From: Podarcis pityusensis
Taxonomy: Eukaryota
Strand: one strand, 5' to 3'
NCBI GenBank assembly: GCA_964106645.2
Contig: OZ067041.1
DNA: 64,000 bases
Shown here piece after piece: positions 63,873 through 64,000 of this stretch. Under the pieces are notes generated by a model, which did not search any database, had not been told where the DNA came from, and was given only the letters and a program-made list of their open reading frames with translations. A program made the position numbers and the translations under genes. The number at the start of each line of letters is the position of its first letter. Position 1 is the stretch's first letter.

Positions 63873-64000
63873 CAGTGGTGCCTCGCAAGACGAAAAGAAT
63901 CCGTTCCGCGAGTCTCTTCGTCTTGCGGGTTTTTTCGTCTTGCGAAGCAAGCCCATTAGCGGTTTAGCGGATTAGCGCTACAGTATTAGCGGCTTAGCGG
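63873..64000. mobile_element. Start of a Tc1/mariner-type MITE inserted into the CR1 (runs off the window)
   Basis: TA followed by CAGTGGTGCCTCGC, similar to the TIR at 60779; CR1 homology stops abruptly at this TA. Confidence 0.7.

Overview
Vertebrate genomic DNA, most likely a squamate (Sauria-type SINE, CR1 and lizard-type MITEs suggest a lacertid lizard). It is a GC-rich, gene-dense block with short introns, syntenic with human 11p15.4. Gene order: 3' part of DCHS1 (+, ends in a 200-N gap), TPP1 (+, 13 exons), TAF10 (+, 5 exons), ILK (-, 12 coding exons, 452 aa), RRP8 (+, 6 exons), an extra gene, then the 3' part of DNHD1 (-). The extra gene (40475-47771, 13 exons, 734 aa) is an intact FBXW7 paralogue. 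Its D-domain/F-box/WD40 core and exon sizes match FBXW7, but its N-terminus is a ComEA/EEPD1-like tandem helix-hairpin-helix DNA-binding module. It also carries two Cdc4-phosphodegron-like motifs (SPPPE, TPPPE). Its position beside DCHS1 mirrors FBXW7 near DCHS2, suggesting a whole-genome-duplication ohnologue absent from the human locus: a candidate DNA-tethered SCF ubiquitin-ligase receptor. Other notable items: a DNHD1 intron expanded into a minisatellite with six copies of its own 3' splice site, a CLEAR cluster at the TPP1 promoter, and nested transposons. All gene models were read by eye from GT-AG boundaries and remembered homologue sequences; no searches were run.
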